Positions 29,124 to 41,013 of a DNA stretch of 64,000 nucleotides are shown here, piece after piece. The notes below the pieces were generated by a model. The model was not told the origin of the DNA. It did not search any database and worked only from the letters and a program-made list of their open reading frames with translations. Positions within the stretch are counted from its first letter, which is position 1; every line of letters begins with the position of its first letter. A program made the translations under genes and the position numbers. The DNA is from Paraspadella gotoi (Eukaryota; Animalia; Chaetognatha): positions 11,571,130 to 11,635,129 of the forward strand of contig CM119263.1 of the NCBI GenBank assembly GCA_051294375.1, given 5' to 3'.

Positions 29124-32100
29124 ATAAAGAGGCTAAAGGATGATTGCAATCTGTTTGTATCCAATTTATTTCTTCACGTGTCAATACATATTATCAGTCA
29201 TTTGATCTGGGTATATGTATTTTTATTAAAAGTAATATCTAGTTTAACCATTTAACAATGATAGGTGATTAGATTAACTTAAGCTAAAATTTCATCTGTA
29301 TGTTTTATCTACGATTTCATACGGAAAAAGCATCTTACATGACAAAAAAAGGAACTGTTATATTTTTACCCCTTATGCCTACCTGTTTCACAAAACCAAA
29401 CGTGGCCTAACACAGGATAAATAACAAAAGTAGGTTACAGTCAAAAACAAACATGAATTGTTATATTTCAACAAAACCCTTTCAATCAACCAAAAAGCCC
29501 AAAGTGGCCAACAACCTATAAACAGATCTACACTGACACAAAAGACTGATTTTTTTTTATTATCATTAAGCACAGGTTTTTCATGAAATAGTAGTTTATT
29601 ATAAATTTGCTCAATAAGCTGAGTTTTTTATTTCTCCTTTTTTCATCTATCACAACTTACGATTAGGATTCAATTACAACTTCGAAATTTATGTTCTTTA
29701 TTTATTTGAGCTTAACAGAAGATACAAATTGGTTGATAGTTTCGAGGCCGAATTTTTTTAGCTGCTCCTTATTTTAAAATTCACAATTGCAAAAATCCGT
29801 ACATTCAGTGGTTGTATTTTAGCAGCCAAATATTGAACTCATCATTGTTAAAAATGATACCTCATTCGATCACCAATTTAAAGCCAAGACTCAATATGTT
29901 TCGCCGTGTTAAAAAACCGTCTTCTCAAACAAGTTTTAAAATTCTTGCCGCTTCATTACACGTTGACCCTAATAATATGAATATTAGCTATTTTGCATTT
30001 ATAGCTTAAAACCTCAATGTGGAATGCCATTGAGCAAGAGTACATATAGAGACTGAACTCAAAAGCATTCTTTGTTTTCTCTCCATGACTTTCGGAATTA
30101 TTCTCGAGGATAATAAGGTTTTGCCTTGAAAAAAACAAATTTTTTCTTTGCTGCATCATTTAATTTTTTTTATAGATACTACTTGACTGTCGGAAAGAAA
30201 ATCGCTAGAGACGATGGTCATTTACTACATGAATCAATGATTTTTTTTAACATTTTAATTTATGACTATTTAAAATCGACGTTTCAACTTTGTAAAACGA
30301 ATGTTCGTTTTTTTTTTCATCAAAACTTTTCTTACATTTTATGAGACCTAAAACTTTTGTTTCCGCGCCATAATTTCGATTTCAGTTGCTGTTATTTCTT
30401 TATTTAATCCAAACTAAAGGTACAGTCTTTTTCTTTTTGGTCGTCCATTAAAGACGCACGCGTTGCATTTTTTTTATTTTTTAAATAAATCTCGTTTAAA
30501 AAAATCACTACGAAGAAAATCTATTTAGTTTGACAAAAGCGAATTTTTTCATTGCCAGGAGTTACGGAGTGATTTTCCAAAATCACAGTGACCTAGACGT
30601 ATTTCGCCCTTGGCAGTTTTCTTGTTTATTGAAGCAGTCGCTACGAAGTAAAAAAGTCAAATTTTCCCTTTTTTTATTTATTCAACAAAAAAACAAAACA
30701 AAAAAACCCAAAAAAATCAATGGGCGACCAAAAGTTTTGAACAAAGGCTGATTCCTAAAAGCCAGATCCGACCCAGTAAACCGTGTTTCTCTGTTGTTCT
30801 CTCAACATTTCGGCGCAAATGTCTTGTATGTGATCCATTTTTTTAGTGATTTGACAATGTATATTCAATTTGAACCTAATTATAAAACCGATTTACTTAA
30901 GTAGTTTATGAAACATAAGTTTACAATTACTAACTTGTTTTGAGCAGATTTTAAAACCCCCTTTTTTTTGATAGATGTTTTCAATGTTGAGATTTAAAGT
31001 TTTTTTTTGTTTTTTTTACTTTATCTGTAAATACCCCACAACGGACCATCCACGATTGTTTGCGGTTAAGCATTTATGAAAAAAAAAGATAAACGTGGCT
31101 CAATTTGTAATATCTTCTTCTAAAGATAATTTATAAAATAAGCTTAAACCATAAATATATAATCGTCGGGTACTAACGTTGGTTGGTCCCCATAATCCCC
31201 CTGATTGTTTCCTTCACAATACTTCAAGTATTACAATACATATTATTTCTCTGCTCCCATATTTGTGAACATACAGTACCTTGCCTGTATGATATTTACT
31301 CTATAACTCATTATACAGTAATTCAACAGTTTAATAATCTTATCTATTTTGTCGGATTATTTTAGTTTTTTTTTTGTTCGAATTATTTTTTAAATTCAAA
31401 ATTAAGAGAAAATGAATGAAAAATCGATTGCTTTGAAATGTGCTATCATAATTAAGACCTTTTCAATCAGCCTTTGCTACTTAGAATTGAAATGAAGAAA
31501 CTGTTTAGTCTATTTTTCTCCAAATGAAAGGATAACTTATTATTTTTTACTTATTTTTTTTTAAATCACGATGAAATTAATCATCTATTCTAAATAGCAT
31601 ATGGTTCAAGACTCTTTACAAATTTGTAACATAGAAAAGCAAAAAATGTTTTCCGATTTACTAGTTAAATATCATGTAATTTTAGAAAAAATTATCAGGA
31701 CGAGAGCAAACACTCTTTTCATTTTCATGCCGAAAAACCAATATGACTGGTTGAGACATGTTATATCTTGATTCTTTCACCATGAGAGATTTTCCCTAGC
31801 ATGTGAAAACCAATTTGTACACTGATCTTATGATTAATACGATTGGATCATTCTTAAAGTCGAGTGATTTGCTTATCATCGCGATAAGAGTTTAATGCTT
31901 CATCTTTTATTTTCACTTCCCTATTGAGATTAAATATCCTATATATTATATACATTTACAGAATATCAGAAATTTTTTTTTCAAAAGTGGAACTCATCGA
32001 ACGAAAATAAGTTTTTCCTCAAACGAAATATTTGCAAACTTCCCAAAGATCTTCCTGCCCTCTCTCAGGCCATAGTGCTATAAACGCCATTCCCATTCCC

Positions 32101-33756
32101 GATCTCTTCCTCTTCGTCCAGGTTTTTATTATTATCATAATAATTATCATTATTTAATTTTTGATCAGGAATGCGATTCGATTATTTTTACAAGTAACAA
32201 TGCGATTTTAGCATTTTTCCCCTATTTTTGTTGTTACCAGCGTTCAGGAGTAAGACACCAACTAGTCGAATATAAAACTCTAGTCATTGTTTAAACGACC
32301 CAACTAACTAAACTCAATGATAAACTTTTTTTAAATATAAAGAATGTTTAACATTTAAGAAAAAAAATATTTATAGTATTATTACTTTTCGATCCTATAA
32401 AATTCATGTTTTTTTTATTAAATCTTAGATATAGACTTAGTTTGTAGTATCTCCAAAAATGCTGGTAGCCAAGTGTTTTATGAAATGATATTGTATATTG
32501 TCTGTGGTATTATTGGGAAATAAATTCAGTTTTCAGTCATGATTTAATCTTACCAGAAACATAAAAAGTCTATTGTAACTCAACAAATCAATAGGATTTC
32601 AATGTTAAGAAAATTTTCGGAAATTTTAAAAAAGTCGGAATAAATTATGATAAAACCATACGTTGAATGGAAAAAAGGAGAACTCAAAAGGAAAGGGATC
32701 ATATCATACGTTAATTAGAACTTAAATTGTTCAAGAACTAGTAGTGGTAGTTTGGAAATATGTAAGATTATTACGAATCAAAACGGATTTACAAAATTGA
32801 AAATTTTATAACAATCCAAAGAAACTGTAAAGTCATTATCATTATGGAATTAAAGAATATGGTGTCTACTAACAAAGAAAAAAAAATGCGAATGAAAGAC
32901 TATAAAACGATTTAAGAAACTAAGAAAGTTAGCACGGAAACATATTTTTTCATTGGAGCATTCTTGGTTATCAAAAGCTCAGTTTATCGCCTAGATTTTG
33001 TCGAAGAAAACGCCAGCCAAGGTCAGGGAAATACAAATATCTACTCTTCTGTATATACTAGTTAGTTTTTTTCTTATCTTCTAACAATAAGCTAAATTCG
33101 GGCAAGTTTTTATTTTGTGAAAAAGATATGAAATGTCACGATCACAATATAATGAATATTGTTCGATACAAATCATTTTCTCTAGGCTTTGGGCTATATT
33201 TAACCTTTGGAAAATAATAATTTTCGTGTATTTGATTACTTGATAATTATATTTAATAATTGTTTTCTTTTTTGTTAAAACTGAGACTCGGAGTCCGAGG
33301 GTATAAGTTAAACTTAAATACTGTACATGCAAGTTAGTTGCTTTTTGTTTCACTCGATGCTTTACTTCAGGCGAGTTTCGAGAGATGACGTCGTCAATCG
33401 ACAATCTTAAGGCGTATTTGACGACTGGACCCAAAACACAACAAGCCATGTCATTTTTTCCCTATTTCCTCCACATCATTAATTTTCTAGCTTACTATAT
33501 TTTCCAGCGTAATTCATTACATTACATTTAACAATTCCTTTACCTTTTAATTCGCCAGATGTCAGAAACTGTCATAAAAATTTGGTTCTCATTTTCTCTT
33601 TTCTCAAAGAAAACCCTTTTCTTATCGGTTAGAAATTTGTTTTATTTCCGTATATTTCATTTAATTTAATAATAATAATAATAATAAAACGCTTATAACT
33701 CCTTTCTCCCTGTAAAATCTCTTTAATTTTTTTTTAAAGTTTCAACTGTGAACAAA

Positions 33757-35370
33757 ATGGCTCAAGTTCCTTTGGCGCCTGGGCGCGTGCTTAAAAATGA
33801 GGCGGAGGAGGAGCGCGCGGAGACAGCGCGTCTTTCTGCTTTTGTTGGCGCCATAGCTATCGGCGACCTGGTGAAATCCACTCTCGGTCCAAAGGGCATG
33901 GACAAAATTTTAGTTGGCGGAAGTCGAGGCTCCAGCGATTTGCAGGTCACGAATGACGGCGCGACCATCCTAAAATCGATCGGTATAGACAATCCTGCGG
34001 CTAAGGTTCTCGTCGATATATCCAAAGTTCAAGATGACGAAGTTGGCGACGGGACTACCTCCGTCGTCGTCCTGGCTTCCGAACTTCTCAAAGAAGCTGA
34101 GAGACTCGTCTCCCTGAAGATTCACCCTCAGACCATTATAGCCGGATGGAGAAAGGCCACGGACGTCGCAAGACGTGCTCTGACGGAATCGGCGGAAGAC
34201 AACGGCGCCGACGAAGAGAAATTCCGAATCGATCTTATGAACATCGCGCGAACAACGCTCAGTTCCAAATTGCTTACGCAGCACAAGGAACACTTTGCCA
34301 GTTTGGCCGTCGACGCCGTGATGCGCTTGAGGGGCTCGGGAAATCTCGATGCCATCCAAATCTTGAAGAAACTTGGAGGAGCGATGACCGACTCTTACCT
34401 AGAGGAAGGCTTTCTGCTTGACAAAAAAGTCGGCCTCAATCAACCAAAGAAAATGGAGAATTGCCGAATCCTCATCGCCAACACCCCAATGGATGCAGAT
34501 AAAATCAAAGTGTTCGGGTCTCGCGTTCGGGTAGATTCGGTGGCCAAAGTGGCTGAGCTCGAATTAGCGGAAAAAGAAAAGATGAAAGACAAAGTGGATA
34601 AGATTCTCAAGCACGGCTGCAATGTCTTCATCAACCGACAGTTGATCTACAATTATCCCGAGCAGCTGTTCGCTGACCACGGCGTCATGGCTATCGAGCA
34701 TGCCGACTTCGAGGGAATAGAACGCTTAGCCCTGGTTCTCGGCGGCGAAATCGCTTCCACTTTTGACGCTCCTGAGTGTGTTCGTCTTGGAGAATGCAAA
34801 CTCATCGAAGAAGTGATGATCGGCGAGGATAAGCTGCTCAAGTTTTCGGGGGTCAAGCTTGGCGAAGCCTGCACGGTCGTTCTCCGCGGTGCCACGCAAC
34901 AAATCCTCGACGAGTCGGATCGTTCTCTTCACGACGCTTTGTGTGTCCTTACACAAACGGTGAAAGAAACAAGGACCGTCTACGGCGGAGGGTGCTCCGA
35001 AGTTCTGATGGCGTGCAAGGTGATGGAATTAGCAGTAGCGACCGAAGGAAAAGAGGCCCTTGCTGTTGAAGCTTTTGCTAATGCCTTGCTAAAAATTCCG
35101 ACAATCATTGCCGACAATGCGGGCTACGATTCTGCTGATCTCGTCGCCAAAATAAGAGCAAAGCACGTGCAAGGCAAAACGGAGTGCGGGCTTGACATGG
35201 AAAGTGGCACGGTCGGAGACATGGTGGCTTTAGGCATAACAGAAAGTTTTCACTGCAAGCGGCAGGTTCTTATGTCGGCGGCGGAAGCTGCCGAGATGAT
35301 ACTTCGCGTGGACGACATCATCAAAGCGGCGCCGCGGCAGAGAGCCAAGGACCCTAGAGGCGTTATGTAA
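33757..35370 (+). CDS. CCT2: T-complex protein 1 subunit beta (CCT2), single coding exon, 537 aa
   Basis: [61 protein letters not shown]-terminal [19 protein letters not shown] at 33757 matches the family N-terminus. Confidence 0.97.
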   Translation: MAQVPLAPGRVLKNEAEEERAETARLSAFVGAIAIGDLVKSTLGPKGMDKILVGGSRGSSDLQVTNDGATILKSIGIDNPAAKVLVDISKVQDDEVGDGTTSVVVLASELLKEAERLVSLKIHPQTIIAGWRKATDVARRALTESAEDNGADEEKFRIDLMNIARTTLSSKLLTQHKEHFASLAVDAVMRLRGSGNLDAIQILKKLGGAMTDSYLEEGFLLDKKVGLNQPKKMENCRILIANTPMDADKIKVFGSRVRVDSVAKVAELELAEKEKMKDKVDKILKHGCNVFINRQLIYNYPEQLFADHGVMAIEHADFEGIERLALVLGGEIASTFDAPECVRLGECKLIEEVMIGEDKLLKFSGVKLGEACTVVLRGATQQILDESDRSLHDALCVLTQTVKETRTVYGGGCSEVLMACKVMELAVATEGKEALAVEAFANALLKIPTIIADNAGYDSADLVAKIRAKHVQGKTECGLDMESGTVGDMVALGITESFHCKRQVLMSAAEAAEMILRVDDIIKAAPRQRAKDPRGVM

Positions 35371-35435
35371 ACTTGTTTGATCGAACATAACAAGACAGCG
35401 ATGATAACAACATTTACTTGCATCATTTAAATATA

Positions 35436-35441
35436 AATAAA
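35436..35441 (+). terminator. Probable polyadenylation signal of CCT2
   Basis: AATAAA ~65 nt after the stop codon. Confidence 0.5.
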
Positions 35442-35816
35442 TTTAAAGTTAAATATAAGAGAAAATCATTTTTATGAGTGATTAATTATTTATCAGCGAA
35501 TCTAAGTCTTACTGTTCTTACGTGCCGTTTTGTCTATTTCCCCTTTTATATTTCTTGACAGGAAAAAATATGAAGACTAATTTTTTTTTCTAGTATTTAT
35601 ACCATCTAGTCACCTTAATATATTGAATACTTGAATGATAATTCAAAATCCTGAGGTAAACTTCATTTAACTTTCACAAACCCGACATGCAGTATATTTA
35701 TAAACTCAGTTCATGTAAAATAAAATAGGGAGTGGCGGCGGTGCTTCTTTTGATTGAGGCTTTCTTTGCTTCTTTCTTCGGTCATCTTTCCTTTGTTGGG
35801 ATCACATCGACTCGAG

Positions 35817-38673
35817 ATGGAGGGCGCCATGTCAGATAATTTGCGGGTTCAGGAGGTCGACGTGGACGGAGGTTTGGCGCAAGACCTTGACTGGAGTCTC
35901 TCAGGCCTCGGAGTCGACATGAACGCGGCTGCCTACAACATGTCCGAGGCGTTGCTGGCTCTTCCGGTTTATCGTCATGAAAACGTTGAAAATAAATTTC
36001 AGGTTAAAAACACGATTTGTTTTGCTGAATTAGGAGATTAGCTGACTCCTTTCTTATATCTACCTTCACAGTACATTCTCGCGGCGCCTACTTCACCCTT
36101 GACTAAGGTGAACGAGGAGACCCTGACATATCTTAATCAGGGTCAGCCGTACGAAGTTAAACTAAAAAAGCTCGGGGATGTGTCTGAGTTTCAAGGTAAA
36201 TCCCTCCGCAGCGTCATCAAAGTGTGCTTTCACGAACGCCGCCTTCAGTACCAGGAATCAGAACACTTCACAGCATGGCGCACGGCGCGTCCCGGAGAGC
36301 GTGTCCTCAACGTTGACGTTCCCCTTTCATACTCCATCTTTGACGTGAAAAGTCCTAAAGAGCACAACATTAACGCCGTGCAGTTTCTTTGGGATCCCAC
36401 GAAGGAAACCGGCGTTTTTGTGCAAGTCAACTGTTTTTCCACCGAGTTCACCCCCAAGAAACACGGTGGAGAGAAGGGAGTACCATTCCGGATTCAGATC
36501 GACACGTGAGTGCGGCAGAAGGGTGTCAAAATTGTTTTTCTATCTCGTTCTTTATTATGATGTCGTTTTCGCTTCGCTCTTTTTTACTAGTTAGATTTTT
36601 AGATTTTTATAATCATTTAATTGATAATCAAAATATTTTTTATTAGTAGGGGCCTTTAAAACGTAAATTGGGCTGTCTCAGACAGACAGACAGTCTTATA
36701 GAGTTGAGCCGCGAGTACTCAAAATCAAACCCGCGAGCTCTCGCATCGGAATTCTTTCTTTTTACTGTTTTTTCCTCTAAATATTTGTTTTTAGTTTCTC
36801 TCCTTCTTTCTTTTTCTTTCTTTCTTTCTTTCTTTTTTTTTTTTTTTTTTTTCTCTTCTTCTTTTTTTTCTCTTTCTTTCTTTTTTCTCTTTCTTTCTTT
36901 TTTCTTTTTCTTTCTTTCTTTCTTGTTTTATTTACTGTTTTTTATTTTTTTCTTTCTGTTTTGTTTTACTGTTTTTTCTTTTTTTTTTCATTTACTGTTT
37001 CTCTTTCTTTCTTTCTTTCTTTTTTTTCATTTACTGTTTGTTTCTCTTCCTTTTTTTTTTTTTCTTTCTTTCTTTTTTTTTTTTTTTTTTTTTTTTTTTT
37101 CTTTTTTTTTCTTTTTTTTTTCTTTTTTTCTTTTTTTCTTTCTTTTTATTTTACTGTTTCTCTTTTTATTTCTTTTTAATTTACTGTTTCTCTTTCTTTA
37201 TCTTCTTAGTTCTCTTAGTATTAAAACTGTTTTTTTTTTAGCTCGACTTCGCGCCTCTATTTTTTTCAATTATGAAAATTATAAGATGGTTTTGATATTT
37301 CATGTATAAAAAACTGTATATATAGCGTACATGAAAATGAGCTTTGATAATCTAGGTCGTCCTGAGTTAACGATTTTTGATTAACGATTTCCTTCTTGAA
37401 TTCATTCTTATGGAGATAGAGAGATACCTGTAATTAAATTGTTTTGCTTTTGAATTGGGCACAATTTTCAAATTCCCTCTCTCTCCTCAGTTACTCCAAT
37501 GGTGATGGGGACGCCAAGTTTCTTCATTCGGCCTTTTGTCAAGTTAAGGTGTTCAAGCCAAAAGGAGCAGATCGAAAAAACAAGACTGACCGCGAAAAAA
37601 TGGACAAGTTGGGTCGCAAGGAGCGCGAAAGGTATCAGCCTTCTTATGACTGCACAGTTTTCACCGAGGCTCCATTGGATACTCAGTTACAGCCAGATAA
37701 CGCCGCATCTGGTTCTACTTTTGGTATGACACGGTCGTCATCCTCGTCCTCGGCCGTCACTATCGCGGCTTCCCATGACGTAACCGTCGTCGATCAGCAG
37801 CAATCGCAACCTCAGCACGCAAATGTCAAATGGTCGCCGCCTAAGTCGCACCACCCACAACACCACCCTCAAATGCCTCACCATCAGCATCAGAGTCCCA
37901 TATCTGCTACTTTCAATTCTGACCGCGAATCGCCCATGAATTCCGAAGGCCTTCATTCACCGGAAGCTGGTGGTGCAGGAGCCATTCCAACGATGAATGG
38001 GTGGACTGGAGGAGGCGGACCTGTCGTTAATCCCCAGGCAACTCCATCCTCGCTCGTCAATCACTCAAGCTTTATAAGCATTGCCATGAATGGTCACAAC
38101 AGCGCTGGTAATGGGGTCTCTCCCGTTGGATCGTACGGCGCCAATCCCGTCTCCTCCCTAGATGAGGAGCTAGCCGCCACCGCTATGCCAGCCGCCGCTC
38201 TTACAATCCATTCGAGCGCCACTATAGTCGAAGCCTGGCTTCACCGCAACCGGTTTTCCAATTACGTCCGTGTCTTCGGCAATTTCAGCGGCGAGGATCT
38301 TCTCCGATTGTCGCGTGAAGATTTTGTCCAAATTTGCGGCTTAGCCGACGGGATCCGTCTGGACAACGCCTTACAACGCCGCCATGCTCGTCCCAGACTC
38401 ACACTTTATGTGTGCATGGAGAATGATCACGTTTACCATCCTGTGTACCTGGAATCCCCGGCCCTCAACGAATTCAAAGCAAAGTTGGCCGAAGTAGCGA
38501 GACTTAGCCCCGATGCTGTCAAAGAAATGTACTGTCAGGGTCCTTCCGGCATCCATATTTTCGTTTCAGAACAGTTTGTTGCCAACATGAGGGATTCATC
38601 GAGGCTCGCCGTCAGGGCCGTTAAAGAAGAAGGGTCCGATAAAATATTTGTCCTGTTTAGGATTTTGGAGTGA
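35817..38673 (+). CDS. TFCP2: TFCP2/LSF/UBP1 (gemini-like) CP2-family transcription factor; exons 35817-36002, 36072-36505, 37491-38673; ~600 aa
   Basis: LSF-type N-terminus (GLAQDLDWSLSGLG...MSEALLALP). CP2 domain (FQYILAAPTSP..ETLTYLNQGQ, STEFTPKKHGGEKGVPFRIQIDT, CQVKVFKPKGADRK). SAM-like WLHRNRF..FSGEDLLRLSREDFVQICGLADGIRL and C-terminal QGPSGIH. Introns are GT-AG, phase 0 and 2. Confidence 0.93.
36750..37240. repeat. T/C-rich low-complexity tract with recurrent TTTACTGTTT units (TFCP2 intron 2)
   Basis: Almost purine-free + strand; the overlapping Phe-rich ORFs are compositional artefacts. Confidence 0.85.
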
Positions 38674-39324
38674 ATTATACGCTGAACGATGTGGATGTGA
38701 GGCGGTGTGAATATACCGCCACAGTACGTTGATTGTACCTTGTAGAAAATTTTGCGTGTGTGTTTGGGAGAAAGAGTTTGTACAATGTACATTCTTTTTA
38801 AAGTCCGCAGAGCTGACTTTTGAAATGACGTTTTTTAGAAAACTGGGGCTTGTGCTTCTTCAAAATGGTTATTTGAAATTGTTGTAGCCCTAGCCTAATA
38901 GTGTTGTATTTACCAACTGTTATCGTTATGTTTGTTGATTGTTAACTGAATTCTGACAATGTCATAAGCTTCATATATATAGTATTTACTGTCTTATAAA
39001 TTACAATTAGTAAAATTTTGCCAGTGTGCTTAATCGGGCGGAACAAGATGAAAACCAAGAGTTCTGTAAACAAAATATTATTAAGGTATTTTCCGTAAAT
39101 GCCAAAAATATTTTTAAATTTTCTGTAGTATTAATAATAGAAAATATTTTAAAATATATAGTATTTTTATAAATTCAAAATAGTTTTTTATTTACCAATT
39201 TTTAATAATGGATTCTGAGAGAGCTTTAAAAAAATGAAAAGTAATAAAATATTATGTTTTTTTAATTTTGGTTTATCAGTTGAAAAAAGTAAAGATTATA
39301 AAAATTGTAATAATATATTATAGA

Positions 39325-39920
39325 ATTAGTGCAATGAAAAAGGTGTTCTAAAATAGCAGAATCTTTTATTTTATTATCTTTTACATAATTCTTATGTTCC
39401 GATTTTCTTTTTTCCCAAAACATGTCAGTTTCCCCAATGTACAATTGTACATTTTACCACATTTTAAAGGAATTTGATAAACAATACCAGATTTTTGTTC
39501 ATCAGGGACCGGATCTTTAAGTTTAATTAGGTTTTGTTTAATTGTATTACAACTTTTGTAATCAAGTAAAATATTAAAACGTTTACATATCCTATTTAAC
39601 GTAGAAGCTAGTACAGGTCCAGCAAAAGGAATTATCATTCTTTGTTTACTGTTTAGCTAATTGTTCTGCTTTATTTTGTTTTTTAATTTCTTCAAATATA
39701 ATAAAATAAAAGATTCTGCTATTTTAGAACACCTTTTTCATTGCACTAATAATACCTGTCAATTTCCTGACCCTGGGGTTATTTGGGATGATGTAAAATA
39801 TTAGAACAAGAAAATAACAAATTAAAAAGATTGTCTCTTAGAAAGTATTCATATTAAAAAGAATAAACTTAAAACAGTAAATAGAAATGAAAGAAATTTG
39901 AGCACTGAATGGGATATGGC
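39325..39920. mobile_element. Degenerate Penelope-like retroelement fragment (GIY-YIG endonuclease) in two opposed pieces
   Basis: Minus strand 39640-39325 reads IIPF..NTIKQNLIKLKDP...KSGIVYQIPLKCGKMY/IGET...RKSEH...SAILEH with one frameshift. Plus strand 39698-39915 reads SAILEH...WDDVK/ILEQE..KR/LESIHIK..VNRNE..LSTEW with frameshifts. This matches the PLE GIY-YIG pattern. Confidence 0.8.
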
Positions 39921-40268
39921 TCTTAAGGTCAACTTTGAAAACAAAAGAAAGAAACCATTTGCTTTAAGGTCATCTCAAGCCTATAGAATTCAAAGGCAGA
40001 GAAGAGAAGAAATGGCCAAAATTAGGAGAAATGATTTTCAGCAAAATGGAAGAGTAGAAACCTTACCTGAAACTGTTTTGTAAATTTTTGTGTCTCATTT
40101 TTTTATGCACCTTTGAGGGAGACAGAAGTCTCTGAAGATCAGTGCTTATTTAAAAATATTATGTGACCTCCAGAAATAATTTGTTTTCTTTTATATTATT
40201 GGCATGTAAAGACCAAATCAAACTAACTACTATTAAGTATTTAGATAATATAAAATAGCACCCACGCG

Positions 40269-40378
40269 TTTAACTATAAGCTAAATCTTAATTTTTTTTT
40301 AATTTTCTCGATCTTTAATAAACACATTAGCAATATTTATACCGGACATCTGTTTGTTTGTAACCTGTTCCGCCTTAA
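40269..40378 (+). repeat. Short dispersed repeat, second copy at 57171-57276
   Basis: TTTAACTATAAG(C/G)TAAATCTTA...AAACACATTA(G/A)CAATATTTATACCGGA...TTCCGCCTTAA occurs at both sites. Confidence 0.75.
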
Positions 40379-41013
40379 AAATTATATATTGTACTCAATC
40401 AATTCAAAAAGTTAAATTTTCTAAAAATTAATTTTTATTTTTTATAAATAAGTATTAAAAATTGATTATTAAGGTGTAGAATCATATTTCCCGAATTCCG
40501 TTTTTAAATTTCCTTTTTAAATCATTTATCATCAGTACTGACAACTGACAAATATTTTGTTTTTCAGAACTCAAAATAATAAAAAGTGATAAATTTTGGC
40601 CCGACTTGGTGCTTAATTAAAATTAGATTAATAACGAATTTAAATTTTTAATTTGGTATTTTTTTATACCACTACAGTGCGTGCCACTAGTATTCTGTTA
40701 TTTTGCTACATTTTGTTAGTTGATCTTTGCGCTTCCACACGATTCGTAATTAAAAATGTTGTCAGAATTTCAGGTTTCTATTCCTTTAATTTTTTTTTTT
40801 CATATTGAGAACATTTGATGGTGATATTTCGAGAAAAAATCGTTTTTGTAAAAACTAGCCATGCCTCGGTTCCCTAAGCGAGATTGAGGAATGGGTCAGA
40901 TAATCAACTCCATCTCGCCCAACCTAAAAAATGAAAACAACCTAATGGCTTAAATCATATTGTGGAAAACCGTCGCATTTCTGCCTATCGAAAGAAAATT
41001 GGTCGCCAGCTGT

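Noticed and set aside
26182-35000. Antisense and alternate-frame ORFs over E93 and CCT2
   Set aside because: Short shadow ORFs of real coding sequence with no independent evidence.
36668-37309. 213-aa Phe/Leu-rich ORF
   Set aside because: T-rich low-complexity intron sequence of TFCP2.
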